Below, in pieces: positions 12,001-62,760 of a DNA stretch of 64,000 nt. A model generated the notes under the pieces. That model saw only the letters and a list, made by a program, of their open reading frames with translations, searched no databases and was not told the DNA's origin. The translations under genes were made by a program, and so were the position numbers. Position 1 is the stretch's first letter. Every line of letters begins with the position of its first letter. This DNA is from Octopus bimaculoides (lineage: Eukaryota): positions 20,337,847 through 20,401,846 of the forward strand of contig NC_068997.1 in NCBI RefSeq assembly GCF_001194135.2. Reading direction: 5' to 3'.

Positions 12001-15000
12001 AAAATCGTTCTAAATCAAATCCTACTATCTTAGATAAAAAAAGGGCCACATTAGCTAATGTGATCTTGGATACACATTGCCTGAAAATAAATGATCAGAT
12101 GGTCATGGCTTAAACATTTTTGGTCATTTATGTGTATTCAGTAAGAGGCAGCCTAGGGTTAAACGTCACCTTTTAATAATATTGCACTTAAATCTAAATA
12201 CACACCTCCTTCTCAAGGACTGGGGTTCAACTCCAGGAGGGCCTGGAAATATTTCAGCTTGGAGCAATTGTTATCTTTTTACCAAATACTAATACATCCA
12301 TCTCCTACCAAAATGCTGCTCCACAGATCTGGGATCATGCATGTATTACATAAAGGTGTGTGCATACACAATAAATATATCTCACCATAAAAGCTTCTGT
12401 TCATGTATTTATGTACTGGTAGTAGCATTTCACTTTGCAAACATCTGTACCTCAAACACCTACTAAACACTGTCATCTGTTACAGGTCTGGTCAGTTTAA
12501 CTTGGAGCTGGTTTGCAATCCATCAGTGAGCACTGTAAATGTTGTTGTTGTTGGTGTTTGAGTTTGCTCATCTCTGATTGGAAACATCATTCAAAAATAA
12601 GATGCCCTATCTTTTTAGGGGTAATATATCCTGGACTACATTATCCAGTATGTGCTTTCTGTAAAACAGTACCATGTCAGTTTCAAAAGTGTGATATGGT
12701 ACCCACTTTGCTTGTTATTTCTAGCAGATTGGGCAACCATGTAGAGGCATCATTGTCTCATGAAAACGACAGATAATTGAACTGATTATCTATCCACACA
12801 CCCACCTCATTATATATATACGTGTGTGTGTATAGCAGCATTAGGAAGGGCAACCAGCTGTAGAAACAACACCAAAGCAGATGTTAGAGCTTGGCGCACT
12901 GCTCTGGCTCACCAACTCCTGTCGAACCATCCAACCCATGCCAGCATGACAGGTGGACATTAAATGATGATGATGATGTGTGTGTGTCCTCATCATTGTC
13001 TTACATCTGCTTTCCATACTGGCATATGTTGGGGGCAGCATACATACACGCAACAGATGTAACCTTTTTTCCTTCACTCCTCTGAACAATAAAGGCATTG
13101 AGATTAATGTTATTTGGGTTAGGGTTATTAACCCATTACTTACCAGTCATCTCGTATGAGATCACTTAAAAATTACAAATTTCGTAATTATCTGTCAATA
13201 TTTACACATATCTAACCTTTTTGCTATATCTACTAGGTATATTTCTCTGATATTTAAATGAGGTTTGCTAATTTTTCACCCAATATCTCACTTATTTCTA
13301 TTTGAAATGTTATTTTGATCATTCCAGCATGTTTCTAATGCTGTTTTATGCTAGAAATCAAAGTTTCATAAAAAAATTCCAGTTAATAGAATTATGGGAG
13401 GTAATGGGCTGTTTAATTTGTGTTCTATTTCATAGGTGAATAATAACAAAATATCACCTCAGTGTGTATCAGAAGCTTACAAAATTTATCTTTATAAAGA
13501 CAACATGTGGAAAGAAGCTGACAAAAAGTAAGTGTTCTTTTCTGTTTCATTAAAGTTTGGAATTATCACTACATTTGAAATACACTACATGTAAAATATG
13601 TGCATATGAAGCTTGCTTCCCAACCACATGGTTTCAGGTTCAGTCCCTCTTCATGACACCTTGGGCAAGTGTCTGCTATTATAACACTGGACCAACCAAT
13701 AAAACCTTGTGATTAGATTTGACGGTAAATGAAAACTGAAAGAAGCTTGTTGTGTGAGTGTGTGTAAGGGGACCCCCCCCCCTTGGTCATGAATGACCAT
13801 GAGATTTCACCTAGAAAGTTCCCTTCCAAGGCACAAGTCCATGTAAGGTCGTTTATGGAAGACCAATAGTTGCCCATGCATACCAGCCTCCCATCTCCAT
13901 GCCACTGATGTTATCCAAGGGAAAGGCAAAGGCTGATACAGCTTGGCACCAGTGACGTTGCAACTAATTTCTACAGTTGAGTGAACTGGAGCAACATTGA
14001 ATAAAGTGTCTTGCCAAAAACACAACACGCAACCTGGCCCAGGAATCGAACTCACTACCTCATGATTGAGAGCCTGACACTCTAATCACTGAGCCATGCC
14101 TCAGAAATAAACACATGCTATTTTTGAAGGATTTGTTTCTGGAAACAAAATAATGTCATTTTATGCATTGTCATATCCAATCAAATGTGAAAACATGTCC
14201 ACCTAAACAAAAATACCTTACTTGGAAACCAAGTGATGATTGGTGACAAGAAGGGCATCTGGCCATAGAAAATCTGTCTCAACAAATTGTCCGATCCATG
14301 CAAAGCATGGAAAACTGGACTTGAAAGCAATGATGATATTGTGCTTTAAGTGCCTGATACATTTTAGACAATAAAGCAACCATATGGAGGCTTTCTCTCA
14401 TGTGGATTTCATTATAGTCTATGAAATTGTAATCAGCCATTAAAATTTTTGAGGCTCATATAAATGAGACAAAGTGCCTTGTATATTTGGCAGACAAAGT
14501 GCCTTGTATACTTGTTCTCTCTGTTTAGGTTCTGAGTCCAAATCTCACTGAGGCCAACTTTGTTTTACATTGTTCTGGGGTTAATAAAATAAAACAATAC
14601 AAGACAGTGGATTGGCAGAATTCTTAGAGCGTTGGATAAAATGATTTGCAGTATTTCTAACAGCTCTTTATATCCTGAGTACCCAAGCAGACATGGTGAA
14701 CTTGTCCATATCTAGACAACAAGATGATGTCTTGTAAAAAAAAAAATACCCAAAGGCAAGATGAAACCACTTTTGTACTTTCTATGGAAACTCGATGACA
14801 GACATATAGCAATTGTTAAGGACAGTACCAGGGGTTGTTTGCCAATAGAAAACTTGGGTCATGGTTCCCTTCTGATTTTCTACATAGTTCCTTCATGTTT
14901 GCTAAGATGTTCGTAACATCTTATGCAACGTTTTTTTTTTTAATGTCACCTTCATGTCTGTCGTTATTAGCACACTTCTAACTTTAGAATTGCTTTCTTG

Positions 15001-15178
15001 CAGACAAACAGTTGAAGAAGAGACCCTTCTCACTGCATCCCAAGTATTGGAGACACCAGCAATATATCGCAAACTCATGGATTTTGATAACCACTTTGAC
15101 GATATCAAAAATGATTGGCGAAATATAGAGCTAAATGAAATATTAACTAACAAGGATATTTTGAAGAATTATCCCTAG
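6461..15178 (+). CDS. EMC8: ER membrane protein complex subunit 8/9 (UPF0172, MPN-like; 'neighbour of COX4'), whole gene, 206 aa
   Basis: Exons 6461-6667, 8754-8830, 10788-10857, 13436-13527 and 15004-15178 total 621 nt with all GT-AG junctions in phase. Family motifs AYCKILSHAAKYPHSSVNGVLL, IPLFH, PMLEFAL, GYYQANE and LMDFDNHFDDIKNDWRN are present. The gene is probably co-orthologous to vertebrate EMC8 and EMC9. Confidence 0.95.
8754..8830 (+). CDS. EMC8: EMC8/9 coding exon 2
   Basis: TTTTCCAG acceptor; IDIYCKSKGLVIGGYYQANESYCNS; GTAAGT donor; 77 nt. Confidence 0.93.
10788..10857 (+). CDS. EMC8: EMC8/9 coding exon 3
   Basis: TTTGCAG acceptor; PDNVAYLIGKKIQEYFADSCIFM; GTAAGT donor; 70 nt. 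Confidence 0.9.
13132..13408. mobile_element. piggyBac-type MITE
   Basis: Left end TTAA|CCCATTAC; right end GTAATGGG at 13401-13408 is the perfect 8-bp inverse. The right TTAA is not intact. Confidence 0.55.
13436..13527 (+). CDS. EMC8: EMC8/9 coding exon 4
   Basis: TTTCATAG acceptor; VNNNKISPQCVSEAYKIYLYKDNMWKEADK; GTAAGT donor; 92 nt. Confidence 0.9.
13770..14100 (-). mobile_element. SINE family D (tRNA head GGCTCAGTGGTTAGAGTGTC..., TTGAGCAAGACACTT core)
   Basis: Alignable by eye along its length to a second copy at about 62430-62760, also on the minus strand. Confidence 0.75.
15004..15178 (+). CDS. EMC8: EMC8/9 coding exon 5 (terminal)
   Basis: TTTCTTGCAG acceptor; QTVEEETLL...DFDNHFDDIKNDWRN...KNYP; TAG stop. 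Confidence 0.93.
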
Positions 15179-16064
15179 TATTTTTTATTTTTTACAGTCA
15201 GTGAGGAAAGAACTAATGCTTGCATCTGTGTGATTACATTATGAAAATGATATTGACAAAGTCTTACCAATTTTCAACTTTGGAATGAGTTCTTTCTGTT
15301 ACATTCTTTCAAGCTCCAGCTCTCTCATTTTGTTATTTTATCAGTCTTTAAAACAATCAGATGTTATTTCATCTCAACGCATTTTTATTTAATGTTTATT
15401 TTTTTTGTTTACTATTTTTTCCACCAGAAACAAAGAAGGCAACATTTTACTTTAAAAAAATTGAGAAAACAGATTATTCCTGTTTTATAATTTTTCCAGT
15501 TCATTAATTAATTATCTATCATGAATTCTAATAATACAAATGGTATGGTTGTCTAAAATTAACGCCTGTGTTTTTATTTTATTTTATATAATGATTCTCA
15601 AATGTTCCCAGTTTAAGAGCAAGCTATTTAGAGCAGGAATGGTGACTTCAGATTTTAGTATTGCTGGCTAAATCTGAAGTCAACTAAAGAGGTGTCACTC
15701 TAGCCTTATATGAGTGTCTACTTAAAACCCTCCAAGATGAAACTTCTAATTAATTAACGAAAGAAAGAAAGAAAAAAAAACAATAATACCTCCTCACTTT
15801 GTGCTGCTTCTTTATACTTTGTTTTTGTTTTTTTTTTTGTTATTATTATTATAATCATTATTATTATTACTACTTCATTTCATCAATGCAGTGTTTCTAT
15901 AGCTTTGATCTGTGATCTGTGAAAGTCTGCCATTCACAAGTTCATTTTTGTTTTCTGTCTTCTATTCTTTTAGTTAATAAGTCCATCAAGATAACTCTAA
16001 TATAAAAAGAAAAAGAAGTTTTTTAAACATCTATTCTAGAATTACTCAGTGACTCTTGGTATAC

Positions 16065-16074
16065 NNNNNNNNNN
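16065..16074. other. Assembly gap (10 N) next to (TA)n
   Basis: Run of N in the sequence. Confidence 1.
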
Positions 16075-16105
<31 letters not shown>

Positions 16106-17722
16106 CATTTGCTGTTATTAATTTATTGTCACACCACACAGATAAGGAGAAACTTCATTCACATTATTTTAAATACACAGTTGTACTTTCTACTATTCAG
16201 AATGAATAAATAAATTGATATAATAATCAAACATATGTAGATAGTAGTGATATTGGTTGATATTTCTTTTGATTACCAATAGTTTGAATAGAAATTATAA
16301 CCAGCATAACAAAGTACGGTGTCCCCACAGGTTATTAATATTTACGTAGCAGCTTCCAGGAATGTGTTTAATATGTAAAATTGGTATATCCAATAACGTT
16401 ACACCACTGTATTTTGTGGCTATTTAAGCAGTGTGTTCATAGATGATTAATAAATTGGATGGGAGCTGATAAAGGAGCAAAATCTCCTGAAATATGATAT
16501 GTGTGCCTGTTACCCATTTTTCATCTTTGATCTCTTTGTTTTTTTATATCTGGCATCTTGAACACAAAATGCTGTAATGAAATCAGTGCTGGCTATAATT
16601 TCTAAAGAAAATCTGTAAAGATAACCTTAACAAATCTTCCATCTTTTTCTTGTTTCAATCACTGGGGTGTGGCCATACTGGGGCACCACCTTGGCAGGTT
16701 TAGTTGAACAAAACTACTTATTCTTTATTAAGCCTGATACCTCTGCTATTGGTCTCTTTTGCCAAACTACTAAATTACTGGATGTAAACAAACCAACACT
16801 GGTTTTTGAGCAGTGGTGGGACATGTATGCACTCATACACACACATAAACAACAGGCTTTTTTCAGTTTCCATCTTCCAAATCCACTCACAAAGCTCTGA
16901 TCAACCCACAACTTGTGGAAGATACTTGCCCAGAACCATGTGGTTGAAAAGCAAACTTCTTCCTAGCTAGACAGATTCTATAAATTTGAAATGCATTTAA
17001 AAATGCTCTTGCCAATAGTTTCTTCCTCTAACCTAATACTCTACATTTCAACACAACAGTTAAAATAGTTTACAGATGTTAGCAGTTCCAGGTCTTATCA
17101 AGAAATATTTCATGCCATGAAGTTTGAGCTTGTTTACTGGTGCCTGAATCTACTCGAATAATGATAAGCAGCTTGTTAGATATCGTGTTTATCTTGAGTG
17201 CCTGCTGTTCTCCGTGACAGCTTCATAAGGTTATATATTCTCTAATTGTCTCGAACTAGCTTCTTTACATGGTAATAGATAGGTCAGTACAAGAATAATT
17301 TTGTTATATATTCTACTTTATATATGTGTGTGTGTTTTCTGTGTTGGCAGATGATACAAAATAGCACTGGAGACAAATTGTAAATTTTATCCAATGCAAA
17401 GGATATTGTTAAAGTCTTGATAGTATCCGGTTAGTGAAAACAGTATCTGGATTAATCCAGTTGGCAGTGTGGACGTCTTTAGACAAAGTCTATAGTGGTT
17501 GACATTAATCACGATAATAACAATAATGATTGAATTTTAGTTCAAGGCCAGCAATTTCAGAGGAAGGGGTAAATTGGTTACATTGACCCCAAAAGGATGA
17601 ATGGCAGAGCTGACCTCGATAGAATTTGAACTCAGAATGTGAAGACAGGCAGATTGCCACTAAGCATTGTGCCCAGTGTGCTAATGATTCTGCCAGCTCA
17701 CAGCTCTAATCATGATTATAAT

Positions 17723-18070
17723 AACAAGAGCACTTGGAGAGTGCAAACCTCTGCCAAGGCAACACCAGCATCCTCTCAATGATTTTTTAAAATGAGAATA
17801 TCTGAAATAAACTCAACTGCTCTCACAAGCAAGAACGCTAAAAATGAAGCTGACCGCTCTCAAAAATTAAAGAAACAGGAAAAATAATCCAGAGTCCTTG
17901 TCCACATCAATCCCAAAACTTAATCAGTTTGTGCCAGTCACGAGGCTAAACATCCCTGAAAGTTTCATCTGAATCCATCCATCCATCGGTTTTTGAGATA
18001 GCTTGTCCACAGACCAACAAACAAACACAACCGAAAACAATACCTCTGCCTTCGCTAAGGTGGAGGTATT
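17723..18070 (+). mobile_element. Non-autonomous element with a 3' stem-loop (Helentron/HINE-like candidate)
   Basis: ACCTCTGCC occurs near both ends (17747, 18042), there is an (AAAC)n tract, and the terminal hairpin TACCTCTGCCTT-CGCT-AAGGTGGAGGTA lies at 18041-18068. Confidence 0.45.
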
Positions 18071-18339
18071 AATCCTTTCTACAATAGGCACAAGGCCTGA
18101 AATTTTGTGGGAGGGGACTCAGAATGTAAAGATGGACAAAATGCCACTTAAGCATTTTGCCCAGCATGCTAATAATTCTGCCAGCTCGCTGCTCTAACCA
18201 TGATCATAATAATAAACCTTTGTACCATAAGGCCTGAAATTTTTGGAGAGGGAGCTAGTTTATTACATCAACCCCAGTACACTACTGCTACTTATTTCAT
18301 TGATAAGGCAAAGTCGATCTCAGTGGAATTTGAACTCAA

Positions 18340-18720
18340 AACATATCTGCCAAACATTTACATACTGCTGAGGAGAACACAAGTCAGATGGGTAGGCCAC
18401 TTTGTTCAAATGCCTGACACACAACTCCCCAAGAGATTGTTTTATGGCGAACTGGCAGAAGGCAAGCACAAGCAAAGTGAACAGAAAAAACACTTCTAGG
18501 AGATACTCAAAGCCTCACTGAAGAGCTTTGAGATCAACCTGACACCTGGGGAAATTTAAGCATAAGACTGTCTTGTCTGGCAGAGCTGCACCAACAGAGA
18601 TGCCACCTTCTACAAACAGAACAGTATTGCAGGAGCACAAAGTGTGAACATAAAAGAGACAAATTGCCAATGAGCAATTTGTCCAACATGGTAACGATTT
18701 TACCAGCTCACCACCTTTAT
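18340..18720 (+). mobile_element. RTE-clade LINE 3' ORF remnant
   Basis: Translation ..QVRWVGHFVQMPDTQLPKRLFYGELAEGKHKQSEQKKHF*EILKASLKSF.. matches the RTE C-terminal pattern RWxGHVxRMxDxRLPKxxxYGEL and contains stops. Confidence 0.85.
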
Positions 18721-19476
18721 TAATGGTAATGATAATGTTTTCTTTATTAACCACAAAAATCATTGGAGATGTTACAGGACAATATAATGTGGGGTTACAT
18801 ATGAACATGTAATTAGTAAAAATTGGTAACAATATAAAATAATGAATAATTTCCCAAAAGTGTGAGACTTCCTAGGGCTGCTAGTGGAGACCCCACAAAA
18901 CCATGGTTGCCCTGACCACTAGGGCAAGTGCCCTCTCCACTTTTTTCTCTTTCAACCTACAGGTGCATGCTTAGAGTAGGCCTGTTTAATGGTTTCCAGT
19001 TTTAGTGAGAGGAGATTAGTCAATTACATCAATCCCAGAGCTCGACTGGTACTTTATTTTATCAATCTCTAAAGGATGCAAAATAAAATGACCTCGGCAT
19101 GATACAAACTCTTTCCATAGATAAAAATAAATGGGTTTGCATAGGGTCCTTCACCCTTACCTAGAGAAAATCCCAGTTATGAGGAGCATTGATGACAATT
19201 CAAAACCAACAAAATTTCAGATAGAATGGCCTTCCCTCCTGGAGGAATGGCTGCAACAGCCCAGAATGAAGAACAAATAAAAATTGTTGATGGAGTGGAA
19301 GGTTTAAGTAAATATGCATGACCAGAGTACTCAGTCACTTATTCAATAAGCAGGTTACTGAGATGATTGATCAATTATATAGTCATTATTGATACTGTTG
19401 AGGTCCATTTTACATCATTCTATTTACATTCATCATCCTTTCATGTCCATTTTCCATTCTGATATGGGTTGGAGTG

Positions 19477-19517
<41 letters not shown>

Positions 19518-19858
19518 ACACGCTCATCAATCATCTGCTGCACTTTGTTAAATGTAATGTTTATTGCATTTTAATCTATCACATCTTTATTTTAAGCACC
19601 AAGTCATAAATCAGTTAATATGAAAAGTAGTTTCATAAACATCTGTTAACATTTGGTGGTTGATTTCTCTGGCTTTTCTTTTTTTAAATTAATTACTGGT
19701 GCAGGTACGACTGTATGGTTAAGAAGTTTGCTTCCCAACCACATGGTTTCAGGTTCAGTCCCACTGCATGGCACCTTTGCTAAGTATCTTCTACTATAGC
19801 CCCAGATTGACCAATTCTTTATGACTGAATTTGGTAGACAGAAAGTACATGGAAGCCC

Positions 19859-19921
<63 letters not shown>

Positions 19922-21071
19922 AAAAGTGTGTTTGTCCCCCAAACTGCTTGACAACTGGTGGTGGTTTTTTTGGATCCCAATTTCAATAATAAATGCTATC
20001 AACATGGAGGAACCGCTCAATCAGAAAGAAATTGAAATTCACTGACATGAGAAACAACCAACTTTATTTTTGGTTTCAATAACTTGAAAATAATTTTGCA
20101 AACTTTTCAGGGCAAAAAGGATGTATTTACACTATATTTGCTTATGCTTAGAAAGCATGAAAAATTGCTGATATTATCTTCAAACTTTGCTTTTACGATT
20201 TTTATTTAAACCCCAAAGAATTTCTCTCAATACATGGCTCTGATGCTCCCCCACTACTGCTCATAATCAGAGACATATATTGTCAGCCACTAAGGGACAT
20301 ACTCAAGTGGTCATGGTCAAGCAAAATATTTGCTATAACGATATTTCTGCTTCAGCAACTCAGTGCTGAATCTGTTTGAAATGTAATGGAAAATTGGTCA
20401 GTTTCAAAACATCGAGGTCTGAATCACAAAAGCAAAGTCTGAAGGGAATAGCAGAAATTTCCTTTGATTTCTAGAAAGAAGCAAATAGAAAATAACACTG
20501 ACTGAAAATAAAACAAAAAAATGTTGTTACACAGTGTTGTCTAATGTGTCCCCTTATATAAAATAATGGTGCGTGGTTTGAGGCCACTAAACCTGCTTTT
20601 TCTAGCAGGCTGAACACCCATATAGGGGCTCCCTGCATGGTTTGTGTAGTGGTTAATAAGTTATTGTATCATTGTTGAAGACTATGTTGTCATTGGTTAA
20701 CAAAGAGAAAATATAAAAATGAGATGAGTGGGCACAGCTGTTTGGACACTGGCGATTTGGCATGGCTAACTGGACAGTGAACCAGTTTTGTAACAGTAAT
20801 TTTTTGGCACTGGAGATAAACACACATACATACAGAAATATGCATACTGAGAGACAGACATTACAATTTATCAATTGAATGCAACAGAAACATTTTCCCA
20901 TGCCTCATACATATCAAAAGAAATATGCTTGAACACACAGAAGAGAACTGTTAAAATGGCTGATGTCAAATCAGCGATGCCAAACAGGCAGCACCAAAAT
21001 GGCTATGTCCAAATGTCTCACACACAAGAAAGTGAATGATAAAATAACAAACACATTAGCGATTGATTAAT

Positions 21072-21077
21072 TTTATT
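21072..21077 (-). terminator. Candidate polyadenylation signal (AATAAA) of COPA
   Basis: TTTATT on the plus strand, about 220 nt past the COPA stop. Confidence 0.45.
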
Positions 21078-21295
21078 AACCTATTAACGTATATATAATA
21101 TATGTTTAAATATATATATATGTATATTTTTATAAACCAAAGTTGTATTAATAATACCTGTTACTTTATATCCATAGTAAAATAGAATGAAAATGTAGGA
21201 ATATGGAGACGGTAACAATTCTGTAAACCTGTGCTTTCAATGGAATTATTAGTAAGCCAAAATGATCCATGGTTAAAATACTGTTGAAATCCAAA

Positions 21296-59144
<37,849 letters not shown>

Positions 59145-59199
59145 AGTCGAGGGACTACAATCGGTGAATGCTTTGTTGACTGGTTCTTCTTCGTAAAGC

Positions 59200-59300
59200 T
59201 CTCGACTTCTGGATAAATTGTAAAAAATGTCAACGTGGATTGAACATGGCAGAACTTCCTGTTCAGCAGCGAAATATATATCGCTTGCTGATTGGTCCAT
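59200..59300 (-). promoter_or_regulatory. COPA proximal promoter
   Basis: NF-Y/CCAAT box CTGATTGG at 59288-59295 (CCAAT on the gene strand), an ETS-like ACTTCCTG at about 59254-59261, and local CpG enrichment. Confidence 0.6.
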
Positions 59301-60829
59301 ATTAACCAGTCCTTGTTGACGACACCTGTTTTGACACAGTCAAAGTAGTCTTGTCACTTTCTCTCAGCTGATGGCTGTAATAGAATGTTAAAGCAACATA
59401 AACAATTACATCTTTCTGCAGCCTTTTTGGCTATGTATAACAAACACAGGCGCAATTATATACGTTTTCTTTTTCATGAATTGTTAGTTTAGAGCCAGAA
59501 ATGTAATTTCACAGCTCTAGTAATTTTTCGTGGTCTCCTATCAAATAAATTAGACTTCTTGATATCGTTATTATTTTATTAACAACATAATTTGTTTTCT
59601 GTTATCCAGTCATTTATTTTAAAAATAATAAAACTGTAGTATTTAGTTGAGTCTCTCTAACATTGATTTTATTTTGATTTAATAACACAAGGAAAAATCG
59701 ATTCAATCGACCTTGATGTTTTACCATATTAATTCCTTCTGGCTGATGACGACGCTGAAAGAGTGAAAAGCCAAGTCGAACCACAACCTGTTTGAACTTA
59801 TAAACGTAACTTCCAAAACTTTTTTAAGCATAAGGTCAACTGGTGGAGCAGAGATATGATCGAAGACAATCTACTGTTTTACTCCCGAGAGAGAGTTTGT
59901 ACAACAATCGGAAGAAATAGAGCTCTATACATGAATATATTTACTTTCTTATCTTTAAACGTCAGAATTCTCTAAAATGATTCAAGAGCTTGAAAGAATT
60001 GTAATTCACTCTTTGCATGGAAACAGGTGAGTGTTCGCAACAGGAGGGACATCTGGTCGCAGAAAATCTTCCTAAACGAATTCTCTCTGAACCTCACAAG
60101 CATGGAAAAGTAAAGGTTAAAACAATGACTATTGATGATGTTCAAATTCTGCTGTGGTTGACTTTTAACATTTCAATTTTAATGAAATAAATATCTCTAA
60201 TCTACATATTTAATTCTATTGAAGGAACCTAATTGCTTCACTACTTCAGAAAAAAAAAAAAAAAATTGATGCAAACCAGATCCCAATTACCTCCCTTTAA
60301 TTAACAGTAAATGAGAAATGCACATCTATAATACTGTTTTCTAATTTAGGTACAAGGCCAGCAATTTGGAGGGAATGGAACTAGTTGGTTACATAAACGC
60401 CAGAATTTGACTGACTTTATTATAATAATAATATAATAATAATAATGAAATTATTGTATACAGTGCTCAGGTGCACTACAACTTGTCAAAAGTGCACATA
60501 AAGCATATGCAGTAATGTACAAATGTCCGGAAAGTGAACAGTGTATGAGTCAGATACATGCTTGTGTGTGTATGGAGGGGAGAAAATTAGGTGTAGTGTT
60601 GGCGAATCTCAGGAAGCATGGAAGTTTTGAAGGATGCAGTGCTCCGGCAACTAGCAACTGATGCCATCAATTTCTAAAAGATGAAAAGCAAAGCTGATTT
60701 GAATTCAGAATGAAAAGAGCTAGAAAACATATTGCAAGTCTCTTTTTCCAACACTAATCATTCTGCAAATCCACCACCATTTGACAAATGCATTGATCCT
60801 TTTTCATCACCCACTATCCCTTGGAGTAT

Positions 60830-61110
60830 TGTGAGGGTAGAGTCCTAAGCACCTCCTCTATAGGGTCCTATCAGAAGCAACCATCATTAAACTTTCTTGC
60901 TGGATTTCCAAGAGTGACCAACTGAGACTACAGATACCATCTTTTTGGTTTACCTTTGGTCTCTATCTTATAATCTTTTCCAACAGCTTTCTAACCATAT
61001 ATCCCTAGTACTAAAGCTGTGACCTCTCGATGCAGAGAAATAGCAGCTCAACATAGAGTGACCCCTTGATTTCCAAGCTGCTCATGCTGTTAAGTAACAT
61101 TATTCCAAAG
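60830..61110 (-). mobile_element. RTE-like LINE 3' remnant (same family as 55730-56060)
   Basis: The reverse complement contains GCTTCTGATAGGACCCTATAGAGGAGG, against GCTTCTGACAGGACCCTATGGTGGAGG in the other copy. Confidence 0.6.
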
Positions 61111-61395
61111 ACCCTTTGGAGAAACCCCATTTCAGTCACTTGCATGCAATGATAAAAAGTGTAACATTAGCAATAATTATTTATGAATTCCTTTTGCAAG
61201 ATTCCTGATGTGAAATTGTGTGTTGAAACAGATATTGTTATATTTCGGGATAGTCATTTTTTTTTACGAACCACATAGTTCCGGGTTCAGTCCCATTGTG
61301 TGGCACCTTGGGCAAGTGTCTTCTACTATAGCCTCGGGCTGACCAAAACCTTGTGAGTGGATTTGGTAGACAGAAACTGAAAGAAGCCCATCGTA

Positions 61396-61438
<43 letters not shown>

Positions 61439-61540
61439 CAGCTTATTTCCTTAATAAAACTTCTTCTGTTTCATCATCATCATTGTCATCATTGTTATCA
61501 CCATCACCATCGCCGCTGCCAAAACCACCACCACTACCAC

Positions 61541-61609
<69 letters not shown>
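61541..61609. repeat. (CAT)n microsatellite, the expanded tail of a family C retroposon
   Basis: About 23 CAT units, running directly into TTTAGCATCCA...TGGCATGG. Confidence 0.9.
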
Positions 61610-62429
61610 TTAGCATCCATTATCCATTCTGGCATGGATTAGACAGTTTAATAGGATCTGCCAAACTGCACAACTGCATCAGGCTCCAATGTCAGCTTTG
61701 GCATGGTTTCTACAACTGGATACCCTTCCTAACACCAAGAAATACCCTTAAAAAGTTCATCCTAAATGTGCATGTAGGAGATGGATCTGAAAAGGGACTT
61801 AATAAGCATTTCTATTATTGATTCAGGGTCACAAATTTGAGAGTAACAAACAGTCATTAATTCATCTCCAGTACTTCTGGGACCCATAAAATAAGCACCA
61901 AATACTTATTTTGCTGACCCCCGAAGGATGTAACGGTCAAGGCAACTACAGCAGGATTTGAACTCAGGATGTACAGAGACATGTCAACAGAAACATTAAC
62001 TTCTTTATTGGCTGGGACAGCTGGTCTTGATCTACTTTTATCCTATTCTTATATAGCTGAGACAAACTTCATTGCTTACCAGATGTTAGCTTACGAAAAA
62101 TTAAAATCACATTTCCGAGATTGATAAATGTTATGCCTAAGGGATTGTTTTTCTAAAAGCAAGTGATTCTCCTGCAGCTGTCTTATAAGAAATATGGCAC
62201 CACTGAGCTCAAGTCCTTGTGTAGTCTGAAATACTTATCTCTGCTTCACTCTGTCTCTGAACAAATGAAAGAGAAGATCAAAGCTGTAAAGTGAGAAAAT
62301 AGAGATTGATAATATAGCATAGAAAACAGATTTCATTTTATCTGATTTAAGACAGAGCTTTCATTGATTCCCAGATAGGAAATTTGTAGGTGTTGTACAA
62401 AGGTATGCATTTTGGAAAAGAAGTAGAAG

Positions 62430-62760
62430 GGTAAAGACCCACTTCAGTCATAAATGACCATGGGGTTGCACCTAGGAAGTTCCCCTCTGTGACACAAGTC
62501 TGGGCAAGGTTGTTTATGGAAGATCAGCAGTTGCCCATGCATACCATCCTCCCCTCTCTGTGCCGCTGATGTTATCCAAGGGAAAGGCAAACGCTGCTAC
62601 AGCTGATACGTTGCAACTCATTTCTACAGCTGAGTGAACAGGAGTAACATGAAATAAAGTGTCTTGCTCAAGAACATAACGCACAGCCCGGTCTACGAAT
62701 TTAACTTACTACCTCATGATTGAGAGCCCGACACTCTAACCACTGAGCCATGTGCCTGCA
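62430..62760 (-). mobile_element. SINE family D copy
   Basis: Matches 13770-14100; tRNA-like head at the right end. Confidence 0.75.

Noticed and set aside
13117-13127. TTAGGGTTA telomere-like motif
   Set aside because: It is a single unit, consistent with chance.
19646-20045. ORFs with YIYIYI/THTHT/CVCVCV runs (also 24642, 33292, 39416, 46678, 58461)
   Set aside because: They are translations of dinucleotide microsatellites and adjacent SINEs.
61399-61821. Poly-His and poly-Ser ORFs
   Set aside because: They come from the (CAT)n tail of a retroposon, with no splice or domain support.
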